A stretch of DNA of 64,000 nucleotides from Picochlorum sp. SENEW3 (GCA_034226945.1 CP120462.1:868001-932000), one strand, 5' to 3'; shown: positions 33,716 to 45,702, counted from the first letter of the stretch. Made by a program: numbers and translations. The notes: a model not told the origin generated them from the sequence alone.

Positions 33716-34135
33716 ATGGTAGGTGCTTTTAGGCGTCGCTGCTTTCCTGGTTTAGGACGTACATTGTGTACACTATTGTTATGATTTTCATCTATTGGTG
33801 TGCAGGCGACTCCTCTTGTGGCTGGGCTTGCAGCTGGAGCTGCTGCGTACGCTGCACGGTTCGCTTTCGAAGCGTACCATGGGTGGAAGGCTGCTGGGAG
33901 TAAGATGAGGCAGTTTTACAAGGGAGGATTTCTGCCCGAGATGACGAGAAGAGAGGCCGCACAAATTTTGGGGATTAGAGAGAGTGCTCCTGAGCAAAAG
34001 GTGAAGGAGGCCCATCGTAGGATAATGATTGCAAATCATCCAGATTCGGGGGGGAGTAGTTACATCGCTACAAAAGTAAATGAAGCGAAAGAAATGTTGT
34101 TGGGGAAAAAGAAGGGGGGTGGGAGCGTGTTTTGA
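33716..34135 (+). CDS. TIM14: Mitochondrial import motor J-protein PAM18/TIM14
   Basis: Only the ATG lies before intron 33719-33805; MATPLVAGLA...FYKGGF...EAAQILG...NHPDSGGSSYIATKVNEAK. Confidence 0.95.
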
Positions 34136-34147
34136 TTACACTGAATT

Positions 34148-36154
34148 TTATTTCTGTAAGAAGAAGAATGAGAGGACTGCAGCGATGGCTGTTGTGGAGA
34201 CACCAATGAAGAAAATTCTCGAGTTTGTCGAGGGATCCTCGGCCATGTACACAGTCAATGAGGGCTGGCCAGTCTCCCAGTTGCTTTCAACCAGCATTGG
34301 ATCGGGGGGCATCATTTCATATGATGCCTCCCATGAATCCCCGCGACTGAAATTTACTGACCAACCTTCGGTGTGGCTGTATGTCATATAGTAGGAAAAC
34401 GCAGGTACGAATAGGGGTGGATGTGAGACACAAGTTGCCCATTCCGCACCTCTCCCTGAGACTCGTCCTCCACATGATGTCCCATCTGGACACGAGGTTG
34501 CATTCCTTGCGTTGCATGCTTGTCCTCCTGATGATGGAACTAGATAATTCCACACGAATCTTTCCAAAGATGATTGTAGCCTATCATACATGAAGATGGC
34601 TGAATCTTCTGCCATGAACCGAACAATGCCTGGATACCCTGATTTCATGTGGGCTGTGTCAAATGGTCCTCCAAAGGGAATCTCTCGTATGATATCGCAG
34701 TCGAGCAGTCGAAACTCTGCATCTGAAGATAGACACGCCGTTAATCTTTCTGTGTCGTGCGATGAGACTTGCACACCGGCACGTTTGCCGATGAGAGTCT
34801 CAGCGAGGCCAGAAGCCATAGATTTGATGATTTGAATTTGATCCTTTCTGCTTGCTCTATGCAGACCCGTGCCATGCATATATTCTGACTTATATTCTGT
34901 TATTGATATTATTGGCAATGTTGGGTACAAAAAGCCGAACAAACGCCCCGAGGTGGGAGGAAGCCCAACCTTGCCAGACTGCACTTCATGCAGGTTGATC
35001 CTGCCATATGTGGAAAGAGATTTGCGCAGCTGGGCAATGATTGTGCCAGATACTGTCCCATTGTCACGTTCATTGGGATTCCTATGAGCGTACAGAGCGG
35101 TCGTGCCACCCGTCTCTACCATGGCTCCGCCCAAATCAAGGCCTGATATATCAATGACCACTTCAACATCAGACATCTGCAGCATGTGCGATATGAACCG
35201 ATTACTTGAGTCTACTTCGTACACCAATCTGCGCCCACCCATGAAATCGATAGATTCTGATTGTAGGGCTGCGAATACGACCCTCTTTTTCAGGCCAGAT
35301 GACTTGGACAATATTTTTGAGGCAACAAGCATCATTGTGCACAATCCTGGCCTACTGTCTGGACCATCGTGAGCAGTCCGAATGCCGTGGAAAAATTCAA
35401 AATTATCGAGTCGAGATACAACAAGTATGGTGGGAAATCCCTTGGGACCTGCACTAGACAGAACCGAGAACCCACCGACAGGCAGGCATGTTTTCTGCTC
35501 TATGCACAAGGTGCTGTTGTTGGAAGCCTCTGCCAACATGTGATGCTTCACGCGAGACAGAAACAATGGACCCGAGCCTTTTTTGTACCTTTCTTCATTG
35601 AATACCGATCTATTTCCAGTCAACAGAGTCATATTGGACGACAAGAGAGCCAATGGAATATCCAATACTGGGATGTCAAGGCCTTGAGGGTTCCAGTCAT
35701 GGCCCCTCATCGCCGCCTCCCTCTGAAACTTGGATAGAGATCTGGTATTATCCCAGCTCCACGTCGCACTATGTTCTGAAGACTCGCCATGGAGCCCCAC
35801 GAGGATGGAAGAGACCCTTTCCTTTCGAGATGGAGTTGTCAGGTGCTGCAATAGGCCACCAAGATTATGTTGCTGTACCACAAGGGTGTAGTTGTACAGC
35901 GCATCCACAGGCAGATTATCCAACGCTGCCACATCATGTACATTCCATAGTGCACCAACCAATCCACGCCCGCGATCAGATGATGAGCAACCAAGAGAAG
36001 AAGAAGAAGAATTTAGAAGTTTAATACACCAGTGCGAGTCCACCGAGTGTACATAGATGGATTGCTCCAACCAATCTCCTCCTAAAACAATATCACACAG
36101 AGATATCAATATGGAATGTCTGATTAGCCCATGTAACAAAGTTTGGAGCGACAT
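34148..36154 (-). CDS. NCSTN: Nicastrin (gamma-secretase subunit)
   Basis: CLPVGGFSV, ILVVSRLD, ESIDFMGGRRLVYE, GLPPTS, VESNW, C-terminal TM segment. Confidence 0.85.
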   Translation of the reverse strand: MSLQTLLHGLIRHSILISLCDIVLGGDWLEQSIYVHSVDSHWCIKLLNSSSSSLGCSSSDRGRGLVGALWNVHDVAALDNLPVDALYNYTLVVQQHNLGGLLQHLTTPSRKERVSSILVGLHGESSEHSATWSWDNTRSLSKFQREAAMRGHDWNPQGLDIPVLDIPLALLSSNMTLLTGNRSVFNEERYKKGSGPLFLSRVKHHMLAEASNNSTLCIEQKTCLPVGGFSVLSSAGPKGFPTILVVSRLDNFEFFHGIRTAHDGPDSRPGLCTMMLVASKILSKSSGLKKRVVFAALQSESIDFMGGRRLVYEVDSSNRFISHMLQMSDVEVVIDISGLDLGGAMVETGGTTALYAHRNPNERDNGTVSGTIIAQLRKSLSTYGRINLHEVQSGKVGLPPTSGRLFGFLYPTLPIISITEYKSEYMHGTGLHRASRKDQIQIIKSMASGLAETLIGKRAGVQVSSHDTERLTACLSSDAEFRLLDCDIIREIPFGGPFDTAHMKSGYPGIVRFMAEDSAIFMYDRLQSSLERFVWNYLVPSSGGQACNARNATSCPDGTSCGGRVSGRGAEWATCVSHPPLFVPAFSYYMTYSHTEGWSVNFSRGDSWEASYEMMPPDPMLVESNWETGQPSLTVYMAEDPSTNSRIFFIGVSTTAIAAVLSFFFLQK

Positions 36155-36289
36155 GGCAGGTCTAGGGGTGTCGACATTTTACAACATGGATTTATTATTA
36201 CTCCAGTATGTCATTTTTAAACATTATATATCAATTCATTTACTCTATTCGCGAGGAATTTATGAATACCGCGGAAATTGCTGATTTAT

Positions 36290-37044
36290 TTAAGACACCG
36301 CTGTCATGGCGAGACCAGATGCTGCTAAGAGCGTCAGAGGGCGCCGCAGGGACATGTACCAAGGAGGCAACCCACCTCGACGGGCCCAGGACCTGTCTGC
36401 AACATAAACGACGCCCAAGAGGGCAGCTTGCACTGCGGCAGCTTGTTCCGATGGAAGGACTAGAGTTGGAAATCCAGCAAGACATGGTACTACGCTCCAA
36501 ATGTACCTCTCCCCGGTTGCTTTCAAGGGCGTCAGGCTCGTCATGGCAAGTCCCCAGTGGACTCCTCCGAGGAAACTCAGGATGGTAGCGCCATAGGACA
36601 GCTGAAGCGTCACACAATCTGATGCAGATACTCCCAATGTCGCTTGAATGATGGGCAGATGCGATACTACTGGAGGAGAAAACATCCAGAATGGCAAGAC
36701 TCCTAGAAACCCCAGAGATTTTGCCTGGGCTGGAATTGACCCAAACCCGGCACTGGGGCTACTATTTCCTTGCTTTGCTTCAGGATCTTGATTTTCTGAT
36801 AAAACTTTTGGTGTCGTATGAAGAGATCTTGCATTATGATGCCTCATCCACGTCAAAGTGCTGCCTTCGTTGCAAAAGAGCGCCCTGCAGCTTTGCTGCA
36901 CCACTGTCTCGACATCCGTCCGAATCTGTTTCGTCAGGTAACCGATATAGTTCAAAAATACACCCGAGGTGGCAATGTATTGACTTAATCGCGCACCTGT
37001 TGGCAGGACCAGGATCGACAACTTGACTGAAGGCGTTTCAACAT
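36290..37044 (-). CDS. DUF3429/TMEM69 membrane protein (2 exons)
   Basis: LGFLGVLPF, YGATILSFLGGVHWGLAM, LPPWYMSLRRPLT; inferred start MLKRLQ at 37044. Confidence 0.85.
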
Positions 37045-37110
37045 GTTTTTATTATTGCAATGTATCACAATGATGGAGTACTATGTACATTTCTTTCTTT
37101 AATTGAGTGA

Positions 37111-39001
37111 TCAAACCGCTTGAGAAATGCTTGTTGCCAGGAATCCAAGGAGGTACGATGCTCCACCAGCCAAGACCATGGTCATTAGGTTTTTGAACAG
37201 GGTGGCATCGTCGTCATGCGGAATCACGGCATCCCTGAGCACTGCTGTCATTTTGAACAGCCTATGAGATAAGAATATGTATAAAGCTGTCACGACCGAG
37301 AAATTCAGAAGGGGATATCCCGGCAACAGGGAGAGAAGATAGATTGGTTGACTGTTTGGAACCTTGCTCAACAACCATGTATGGTATTGCCCAACATCTG
37401 CATCATGCGAAGTCCATTGTTACGTGTATCATACATATTATACATTCTTCAGACGGTATCGTACATGTTTCCAACGTGATGCAGCCCAACCATCCGTACA
37501 ATCCCAGGCTGTGGAGTCGCAGGCTTGGAGTAATGTTTCTCAGAATAAGGAAACTTGTGATAGGGATCCACGATGTGTATGGATGAATCTTATTGTACTC
37601 CAGCTTTGGAAGGGTGTAGATATGCTGGTACCAAAGGTACATTGCCCCGACACAAACAGATCCAAGAGCGATGCGGATGCTCTTTCGCGTTGTTGCAGAT
37701 TTGTCATCTACTGCCTTGAGCCATCGTTCAAACATGGGGTGGAGGTACGCGCATATCATCCCGTGGATCCATACATATCGATCTAATCCTGTTCTAAAGT
37801 ACCATTCATGCATGGCGTTGGGATTCGGTCGGCGAGGATCCGTATAGCCTAGCAACAGTCTGAATGGTGCCCAGACTGTGTAGAAGACCTTTTCATACTC
37901 CCAACACCCAATCACCACCGCAAAGGACGCGATGAATTTGATCCAAATGCCATACGATCTATCATTTCCCGATTTCCAAAGGCCTAAAGCAGCGTAAACC
38001 ATCACAGTGTACAGAGTGTGCATTGGACAGATATAATACAACATGTACTCGTTGTCCAATGCGAGGCAACACAACAGTGCAAGCAAGTTGAGCCTCCACA
38101 TCATCTGACAGAAGCGGCCCATCGAAAAATCGCGGGTCTTATAATAATATGCAAAATTTCCGAACCCAGTCATCCACACGTATGAGGCGATGAATATCCT
38201 GATGGCATTGTACACCTCGCGAGCTTCATAGTAGTGATATAGCAAGAACAAGACTTGCATCCATCCTTTCCATTCCTCAGTCTGCTGCCTATTAATCAAC
38301 GCTGGTGCCCTTCCTTGTTTGATAGAGTACGAGCTGGCTACAATGGTAAGAACGAGGAAAATAAATAAGAAGACATCACGAATGTATTCCTTTGGACCAG
38401 CAGCAATGGCAGGCGTTCGATCAGCAATGTAAAACCAAAATACAATTGTCCCCATCTCAACAGCGCTCCGAAGATTTTCCCTGTTCGCTTTCAGAGCCTC
38501 TGAGTTCAACGCAATCAATTTTAAAAACGTTTCCTGAATAAATCCTTGCGACTTTTGCACATAGGCCACAGTCTGACCACCTCCAGGTGTTCTTGGCTGT
38601 GCTATCGCAGGCTTGGCCTGCTCCGTTCCAGGATTTTCTTCCTTTACTAAAACCTCAAGCTCTTCTTCATGTGCATGCTCGCGATGGTGCGTATTGCTGG
38701 CCTGACGCGAAGACCTGCAGCAGGTATTCAGCCTGCTCAAGATTCAACCAAACAGATTCCCAAGAAACACGTCAGCAAACGCACCTCCAGTTCCAAAATT
38801 CAGCGCAAGCCCACATTAATAGAAGGAGCAGATACACAAAGAGACATCCTGCCTGCACGACGTACCAACCAACTCGTCAGAGTCAATTTCGGAGGAAGAG
38901 GCCATGCATTGATCACGATGACCCTTATATTCTTATTTTATTCAATCACATACCTGCGCAGAAGTCACAGGGCCCCCAATCACTTCTTCTTGGTCCACCA
39001 T
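37111..39001 (-). CDS. RWA: Cas1/RWA O-acetyltransferase (reduced wall acetylation, CASD1-like), multi-exon
   Basis: MVDQEEVIGGPVTSAQ|..., NRQQTEEWKGWMQVLFLLYHY, YVWMTGFGNF, YYICPMHT, EWYFRTGLDRY, HPYTSWIPI. Confidence 0.95.
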
Positions 39002-39099
39002 GCGGAACGACCCAATCTGGAGGGAGATGAGTGCTGAAGTGGAGCTATCCTGTCGATTGAAATGATTACCTCACTACAAATTGATTCATAAAGGATAAT

Positions 39100-39909
39100 T
39101 TACAATAAATCTTCGGAGACGTGGACGTGATTTTCCACATGATGAAGTCTCTCGCCGAGCGTGGCCACATCCTCCGTCATGGATGCCATCTCCGAATCCA
39201 GTCGAGACGAGATTGTCTGAGAGGAATGCTGCAAGGTTTCGAGCCATAGTTCCAGATGTTCAACTTTTTCTTGCAAAGAAGACAGGCTTTCACTGTTTTG
39301 GAGCATTTGGAGGGACTTTGGAGAGGGCTTTCCATCAATCAAATTCCCTTGAGAGACATCCTTGGAGAGAGAATCGATCTGATTCTTCAAGGTATCGAGT
39401 CTTCCTTTGACCCCAGCCCCGGATGACCCAAAGATGTACGTCTCGAGTGCCCGTATTCGACCATCCATGTCAGATATCGCTGCACTATGGCTCTTCAACT
39501 CTTGTTGCATTCGCAGGGATTCCATCTCAAGCTTCTCCATTCTCTCGTACATACTGTACGAAGACCCAGGAGGTAAGTATTGCGTGTGGTTCCAGTCTGT
39601 TGTTGGATACACGATGCCAGGAACCACGTGATTCCCAGATGTGGAACACACAGGACCACATGTACCATCATCTGTCCTGCTGACCTCAGAGGATGGTAGT
39701 GGTGGATTCCTTCTGGTGGCGATCATTGTGAGTAGCACACCAACGACTGTGAGGCTACCGTAGAAGTAGAGAACAGCCTTGTCCGAGGTTTCTGACCTGG
39801 CCTCCTTCTTCTTCTTCTGGGTGTCGGGGGTCTCGAGTACGTGGGCCTGTCGGTTCGTGTCCCCCTCCCCTTGCTTCATATTGGATTCACCCATACCAGA
39901 ATCTTTCAT
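39100..39909 (-). CDS. Single-TM coiled-coil hypothetical protein
   Basis: 269-aa ORF, one TM segment, heptad-rich C-terminus. Confidence 0.65.
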   Translation of the reverse strand: MKDSGMGESNMKQGEGDTNRQAHVLETPDTQKKKKEARSETSDKAVLYFYGSLTVVGVLLTMIATRRNPPLPSSEVSRTDDGTCGPVCSTSGNHVVPGIVYPTTDWNHTQYLPPGSSYSMYERMEKLEMESLRMQQELKSHSAAISDMDGRIRALETYIFGSSGAGVKGRLDTLKNQIDSLSKDVSQGNLIDGKPSPKSLQMLQNSESLSSLQEKVEHLELWLETLQHSSQTISSRLDSEMASMTEDVATLGERLHHVENHVHVSEDLL

Positions 39910-40414
39910 GTCCAGACCTGAGCATCAAAGCAAGTGTATTCATGAACCCGTATTACATTCGTCATCGACGTGTCGAGGGAAAAAACCCTTGAGGCAAAAG
40001 AGCACTGTGCTCGCACCTTGTAGATCACTATCACTGACAATATGCCAATCATGCAATGAATTAGTATGTTGAGCCAGGGGCTCTTGCATACTTTGTATCG
40101 GAAACTTGAGCTATTGGAGCAATGGACACGCGAGGTACCCAATGCACACGTTCGACTCTTGAGCAGGCGAAACGCACCAATTCAGATATGTGGTAATCTG
40201 ATTTCGAGTTAATAACGTCAGCTGTGTCTCGCTCAAACATTCAAATGCGGGTTTGAATCTTGTTTGAATCTCATATTAGAGAATCTATCAGTGCTCTACT
40301 ACCAGCACTGATACCATCCCGATATTGGGTTCCCGTGCATTATTGTAGTGTATTACATCTAACAATTGCTCACCAGCAAATTATACATAATTAATTCGTC
40401 CTATAGACCGACGC

Positions 40415-41321
40415 TTAGAATTTCATCAGGTGGGGTCTGTCTCCAGAGCGGAGGGTAAAGCGGGTTCCCAAATATCCCTTCACGTCGTCATTCAGAGCAC
40501 CGAGGATGGCGGCGTCGACGGTCTTCTGGTTTGCTATGTAGTCTGCTGGAAGCTTCTTCTTCTCGAGTTTGTCCTCGAAGAAGTCTGCCTCTCCTTTCTT
40601 GGTTCTTTGCTTCTTCTCCGCGGATTTGAAATAGCTATCATCGAACTTGGAAATGTCAACCTTGCTAACATCCACCTTGGTAGAGGTAGCAATGACGTAG
40701 GCCTGGTTCACACGGCGCAATGGCACTCCATTCACCTTGAATGGCCCAGTCACCAGGAGGAGACCCGAAGGAAGCTGTCCCAAGAAGACCACGCGCTTTC
40801 CCTTGAAGCGCCCGGCCAAGAGGATAAGCACGGTTCCTGGTGTGATAGAAGCACGAAGCTTGGTCTGTCTACGGGCAAAGCGGCGGGCCAATGGCTTGGA
40901 TTCATCATCGGCTGGGTAGAACTTGGGGGCCTTGGCCTCAACCTCGGCCTTTGCAGCCTTTGGATGCGTTGGGAACTTGCCTCCATTCTTTTTCTTAATG
41001 GCCCACAAACCACTGCATGGAAACAATATGATCGTATGAGAACGCACATCAGGTGAAACAAGGAGGTGGTCACGGCGGCGAATGTGCTTGAACACGCCGT
41101 CAAGCTTCATCTGACACGCAAATAGAGCGTCAGGGGATGAGGACGTGTATTAAATTTGTATGTGATGATATCCAGGGGGATTATAGCCTCTCTCTATCGC
41201 CAGCACTTGGTTCTACATCACCGCCTCCATTTCCTGAGAAAGTCTCCAGTCACACGCACCGTCTGTGGTAAGATTTGGAGCGCCCTTGGGCCTCAATACC
41301 TCTAGCTAATTCCTTCACCAT
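40415..41321 (-). CDS. RPL6: 60S ribosomal protein L6 (eL6), 2 exons
   Basis: MVKELARGI...[44 protein letters not shown]; intron 41013-41259. Confidence 0.97.
41080..41222 (-). ncRNA. Candidate intronic snoRNA in RPL6 intron
   Basis: Hairpin ggtgatgt/atatcatc, H-like box ATACAA, hairpin with ctgac/gtcag and acacg/cgtgt, then ACA+3 nt. Flanking stem ggaggcggt/accacctcc; 247-nt intron. Confidence 0.55.
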
Positions 41322-41701
41322 TGTTTGCAATTTATACTTTTGATGTGAGCCCAGGAGGCAAGGACATGAAAATACATGGCGAGCTTGGGAAGAGGAGTAA
41401 TTGAAAGGCTACCTGTCCCCATCGCCGATGATCTGTGAACGGGCCATACCATCGGCATCAGCAAACCCAGAGACAGAATATTTCGGGGAGCCAATCCGAT
41501 CGGTCAGATTTCGGGGTCATCAGTGCGGAGCAACGAACAAGATCGTACAGAATTATACAGCATTGCAAGTCCAGGATAGGATTTGGCTGCTTTCCTCACA
41601 GAAAGCACATCCTACGCCCTGAATTCTAGGACCTTTGCATGTCACTTGGCCCGTCTTCGTAGATCTGCGATTGACTGATAGAAAATCTGTGAGTTTTAGC
41701 G

Positions 41702-43465
41702 ATGAATACACGATCATGCTGCTCCAATGGGGTGCGAATGATGCTGCCCATAGGTCGCTTGTGCCACAGAGGGCTATCGATGCGCAAGGGTATCCGTTGT
41801 CATTTGGTCGGATCTCTGATGCAGAAGGGCCAGGAGAAAATGCTGTATGCAGATTACGAGCTTGGGGAGGTACTTCCCGAGACATATGAGAATATCGAAC
41901 CTGCTGGCTCAAAACAGAGAAGGGCTGGAGTGGTGTTGCACCCAACTTCTCTTCCTGGCAAGTATGGAACGGGAGAGATTGGCAACGAGGCCCTCAAATT
42001 CATAGATTGGTTGGTCGATGCGGGGATGCAAGTGTGGCAGGTACTTCCGCTAGTGCCCCCTGATCCACTGTATTGGTCTCCATATTCTGGAGAAGATGCG
42101 CTCTGTGGCAACACCTTGTTGATTCCCTTGGAGGGGCTTGTTCATATGGGATTACTAGAAAAGGAAGATATTCAGCAGTTGGATAGGGTCCAGACAGTCG
42201 ATGGAAATGCTGCCTTTGATGAGGCCATAAAGATTAAGACACCCCTGTTGGTGAAGGCAGCAATGGCATTGTTGGACAAACCAGAGTTCGAAGGCCTTCG
42301 ATCGGCATGCGATTCTTTCAGGGCCAAAAATCCTTGGGTGGAAGAATCTGCTCTGTTCCATGCGCTGTGCGAGGATCCGGACCTGGCAGAGTACGAGGCA
42401 TGGTGGGACTGGCCAGCGAATGTTCGGGACAGGCACCCAAGGACACTCGCCAACTTGCGTGCTCTTTGGTCCGATAAAATTGAAGTTTTTGTGGTTCTGC
42501 AGTTTCTCTTTGACAAGTTTTGGTCTGGCGTTAGAGATTATGCGTCTGCTCGAGGTGTGACAATTGTAGGTGATATGCCAATTTATGTTGGAGGTCATAG
42601 TGCCGATGTTTGGGCAAATAGAAAATTGTTTCAACTAGATCGTGAAACAGGGACTCCAAGCCTAGTGTCTGGTGTTCCACCAGACGCCTTTTCTTCCACT
42701 GGACAACTTTGGGGAAGCCCCTTGTATGATTGGAAAGCAAATGAAGCAGAAGGATACTCTTGGTGGATCCAACGCATGAAGCGGGCCATGGAGTTGTATG
42801 ATGAGACTAGAATTGATCATTTCCGTGCTTTTGCTGGGTATTGGGCTGTGGAAGCTTGGCGAGACACAGCAATGGTTGGCCAGTGGCAAAAGGGGCCTGG
42901 ACTGGCACTCTTCAATGCACTGAGACGAGAGCTAGGTGAGGTCCCTATTCTGGCAGAAGATTTAGGCGTCATCACAGCAGATGTTATCGAGCTCAGAGAT
43001 CTTGTAGGGGCTCCAGGAATGCTTGTGCTGCAGTTTGCCTGGGGAGGAGGTCCGCGCAACACACACTTACCACACAATGCACGACCAAATTCATTTATTT
43101 ACACTGGAACGCATGATAATCCAACTACAGTAGAATGGTGGGAAATACAGGCTACGGATGAAGAGAAACAGATCATCCACGAGTATTGCGGCATTGACAT
43201 TGCTGAAGGTGACATTGTCGCTGCATTCACCAAGCTAGCATTTGCCTCAGTCTCAAAGACCGCCATCATCACCATGCAAGATGCTTTGAGGCTTGGAGCT
43301 GAAGCCCGTATGAACACCCCAGGCAGAGCTGAAGGTAATTGGGCGTGGAGATTGGATGATTCTGAAGAGGTGTGGAAAAGTGAGAAATTGACTGCAGCTG
43401 CTGCAGAACTGCGTGAGTGGGTCACTGTGACGGACAGACTTTCAGATCTTCATATTACAGATTAG
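41702..43465 (+). CDS. DPE1: Plastid 4-alpha-glucanotransferase (disproportionating enzyme, GH77)
   Basis: RRAGVVLHPTSLPG, GDMPIYV...SADVW, GQLWGSPLY, RIDHFRAF, AEDLG, YTGTHDN, RMNTPG...NWAWR. Confidence 0.97.
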   Translation: MNTRSCCSNGVRMMLPIGRLCHRGLSMRKGIRCHLVGSLMQKGQEKMLYADYELGEVLPETYENIEPAGSKQRRAGVVLHPTSLPGKYGTGEIGNEALKFIDWLVDAGMQVWQVLPLVPPDPLYWSPYSGEDALCGNTLLIPLEGLVHMGLLEKEDIQQLDRVQTVDGNAAFDEAIKIKTPLLVKAAMALLDKPEFEGLRSACDSFRAKNPWVEESALFHALCEDPDLAEYEAWWDWPANVRDRHPRTLANLRALWSDKIEVFVVLQFLFDKFWSGVRDYASARGVTIVGDMPIYVGGHSADVWANRKLFQLDRETGTPSLVSGVPPDAFSSTGQLWGSPLYDWKANEAEGYSWWIQRMKRAMELYDETRIDHFRAFAGYWAVEAWRDTAMVGQWQKGPGLALFNALRRELGEVPILAEDLGVITADVIELRDLVGAPGMLVLQFAWGGGPRNTHLPHNARPNSFIYTGTHDNPTTVEWWEIQATDEEKQIIHEYCGIDIAEGDIVAAFTKLAFASVSKTAIITMQDALRLGAEARMNTPGRAEGNWAWRLDDSEEVWKSEKLTAAAAELREWVTVTDRLSDLHITD

Positions 43466-43482
43466 GAATTCAAATATGTAAT

Positions 43483-44117
43483 CTACCACTCAACGCCAGC
43501 TGCCTCGGCATAATTGACATCGTCATCAGAGGAAGAATCATCCTGTGGAATCAATCCCTTTTCCCTCAAAAATGCAAATCCGCATGCGGTGCACTCATCC
43601 CTCATTTTAATCGGGAACACCCCGGCATCTGGATTGGCTGGAACTGTGACTTTAGCGACCTCGTCAGTCTGCTCAACGATCTTCATGCCTTTGTCTGTCA
43701 CAGGCTTGAGCAGAGCGTCCATCCATTCCTGGAGTGTCACCCCCTTGGCCTCAGACAGAGCCTTTGGCACGTGGAAAATAATAGCCAACTGATCATTTCC
43801 TGAAGACAAAAAGGCCTTTCCAAGGTCGCCAGCACCACCCTTGCGCTCTTCGGCGGCCTCGTCCACTTCCACGTTGGCAGCGTCCAACAGAACCTGGAGC
43901 AACTCCAAGTCGCCTTCTGGTTCGTCTACGGCAACATTGAAGAATGACACTCCTCCCAAAGCAGACACACCCCTGTATAACCATGAATGCGAGTTTTTCA
44001 ATCTATGAACGTCGATCCAACACAAATACTGACAGAGAGAAATGAAACGTACGCCAAATCCTGTGCCTTTTTTCCTCCCTCCTTCTTCACAGCCTTGATC
44101 TTCTTGTCGTCAGCCAT
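43483..44117 (-). CDS. Hypothetical acidic protein (2 exons)
   Basis: MADDKKIKAVKKEGGKKAQDLA|GVSALGGVSFF...ERKGGAGDLGK...FAFLREKGL; clean GT-AG intron; family not named. Confidence 0.75.
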
Positions 44118-44394
44118 TGTTTACTCTACTATATGCAATGTATAATTCTATAGGGACAGGTCTGGGCTGTAAACCAACCTATATGGCTTTGATTGCTCAT
44201 GAATGCCGGCGGAACATGCGACCTGGGGACCCCCCCATGAAAAGTTTGTTTGATCGGAGTCCACTACGTAGCGCTGTATACAGCGGTCCACATCAAAATG
44301 CTGGACTGAAACAGACAAATTTCTCACATGAAATACCCTTTGTATCTCATAGCACGGAGAAGGATGGATATCTTCAAACGACAATGAGGGTGGC

Positions 44395-45702
44395 ATGATA
44401 CCAATGGAAAACCTGCCCACGGATCTTTTGGAGCGCATCGTGGGTACCCATCTGCTCGATATCAAGGATCGAGTGAGGTTTTGCCTGGCGACATCAAAGA
44501 CACTCCTCAACCGTCTCGGTTTGAGTCTCATAAATTCATTGGACTATGATACGAACGATAAAGAAGTACATGTGTTGTTTCGTCGTCACGAGGTGGCGTT
44601 ACGGGACGACCAACTGGACCAGTACTTGAGGTTCTGCAGTGGAAGGCATATTGCCCATGCCAAACACATTTGCATCATATCCGGTGAGACGCCTTATAAA
44701 TCATGTGAGGCTGAGCATGCAGAAGAGGTTGACAGCGCCACAACGGTCGTGCTGAAAGATCACCAGGACATTAGTGGGTTGTTGCAACTGCTCATGAACT
44801 GCGAGAGCGGCCTGAACCTGAGAATACACACACTGGTGATCAACAGAACAAAGCATATAGAGCATCAAATAAGTTTTCATGATTTTGTGGCATTGAAAAA
44901 CTTGAAAATATTCGGTTGGGATACCACCTCTCTGGTGCTCACAGACAGAAAGTTGCCAATGGACTTGGAGAAGTTGAGCTTGTCGAATACGTACATTGCA
45001 ACCAACCCAAACGATGATTTGCCAATTGTATCCTTGCCGAATTTGAGATCGCTGGAGATTCGACATTGCTATTGCCATGCACCAATTAATTCATGGATAA
45101 ACAGTGCGATACTTTGCAGGAGTTTGGAAAAACTTGTTATTTCCTCATGTGACGGGACGAGAGATGCATTCGTCATCGATGACACAATTGATGCATCTCA
45201 TTGCGAGAAATTGAAGCACATTGAAGTTAGAGATTTGGCTTGGAATCCCTTGAGGTCGTTGCAGCTTCCAGTAGGAATACAGCATGTTGACATCAGGAAT
45301 TCTGGCATTGATAAAATCAGCATGCCAAGTCAAGGTTCTCATCTTGAAGTTTTGAAACTATCCATCTTGAGTGTATTTTTAGATGATGTCGGCGATCGAT
45401 GCAAGCAGCTGTGGATACCAGCTGAGTATTTGTTCCGGATACCTACTGAACTGTTGTTACGATTGACAGATATTGATATTGCGGTCAATGGACAGCAATG
45501 GTACGAATATGTAGAGAGATACGTGTTTCTACCCCTCTTAAAATCAGATAAAGTATATTTAGATCGGTGTACGTTTCACATGAACCAAGGCCAAATAGAC
45601 TCCAGAAGTCAGGTGGTGGTATCTTCCAGCCGTGAATTTTTAAACCTTCTTGTGAAAGTATCTTCTCGCTGGCGCCGTATTCGTGTTAGCTTCGAAGAGT
45701 AA
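44395..45702 (+). CDS. F-box protein with LRR-like C-terminus
   Basis: MENLPTDLLERIV...KDRVRFCLATSK F-box; LxxLxL repeats (LPNLRSLEI, LEKLVI, LEVLKL). Confidence 0.7.
   Translation: MIPMENLPTDLLERIVGTHLLDIKDRVRFCLATSKTLLNRLGLSLINSLDYDTNDKEVHVLFRRHEVALRDDQLDQYLRFCSGRHIAHAKHICIISGETPYKSCEAEHAEEVDSATTVVLKDHQDISGLLQLLMNCESGLNLRIHTLVINRTKHIEHQISFHDFVALKNLKIFGWDTTSLVLTDRKLPMDLEKLSLSNTYIATNPNDDLPIVSLPNLRSLEIRHCYCHAPINSWINSAILCRSLEKLVISSCDGTRDAFVIDDTIDASHCEKLKHIEVRDLAWNPLRSLQLPVGIQHVDIRNSGIDKISMPSQGSHLEVLKLSILSVFLDDVGDRCKQLWIPAEYLFRIPTELLLRLTDIDIAVNGQQWYEYVERYVFLPLLKSDKVYLDRCTFHMNQGQIDSRSQVVVSSSREFLNLLVKVSSRWRRIRVSFEE

Noticed and set aside
40295..40340. 5S rRNA-like TACCAGCACT
   Set aside because: Ten-base match only; flanks do not follow 5S.
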